From the human T2T-CHM13v2.0 reference genome, Homo sapiens: 64,000 bases of DNA. Numbering within the stretch: the stretch's first letter is position 1; every line of letters begins with the position of its first letter. The translations under genes and the position numbers were made by a program. This document shows, in pieces, positions 63,990 to 64,000 of the stretch. The notes beneath the pieces were generated by a model. The model made no database searches. It was not told the origin of the DNA and was given only the letters and a program-made list of their open reading frames with translations. The stretch lies in assembly GCF_009914755.1 (NCBI RefSeq), contig NC_060946.1; one strand, written 5' to 3'.

Positions 63990-64000
63990 TGTTCCCAGCT

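Overview
This is primate, almost certainly human, genomic DNA from the immunoglobulin lambda (IGL) V-gene array in germline configuration. Eight open V genes lie on the + strand, each with an octamer promoter, a 46-nt leader exon, an intron, a V exon and a 3' RSS: IGLV9-49, 5-48 (TACAGTG heptamer), 1-47, 7-46, 5-45, 1-44, 7-43 and the presence/absence-polymorphic 5-39. Most of the window is a roughly 23-26 kb tandem cassette present in about 2.4 copies: V7 - clan-I V pseudogene - V5 - V relic - V1 - L1 - octamer relic - ASH2L retrocopy. It also holds IGLV(I)-42, several decayed V relics, ASH2L processed pseudogenes, Alus, L1s, and a HERV-L provirus remnant carrying nested HERV-K-class solo LTRs. 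I see no new multi-gene system. The most unusual element is an insertion at 58.2-58.5 kb with a target-site duplication (TSD). It fuses a short L1 3' end to an oppositely oriented vault RNA (VTRNA1-3-like) fragment, a geometry that fits twin priming on a second RNA. Gene, allele and repeat-family names are from recall, not database searches.
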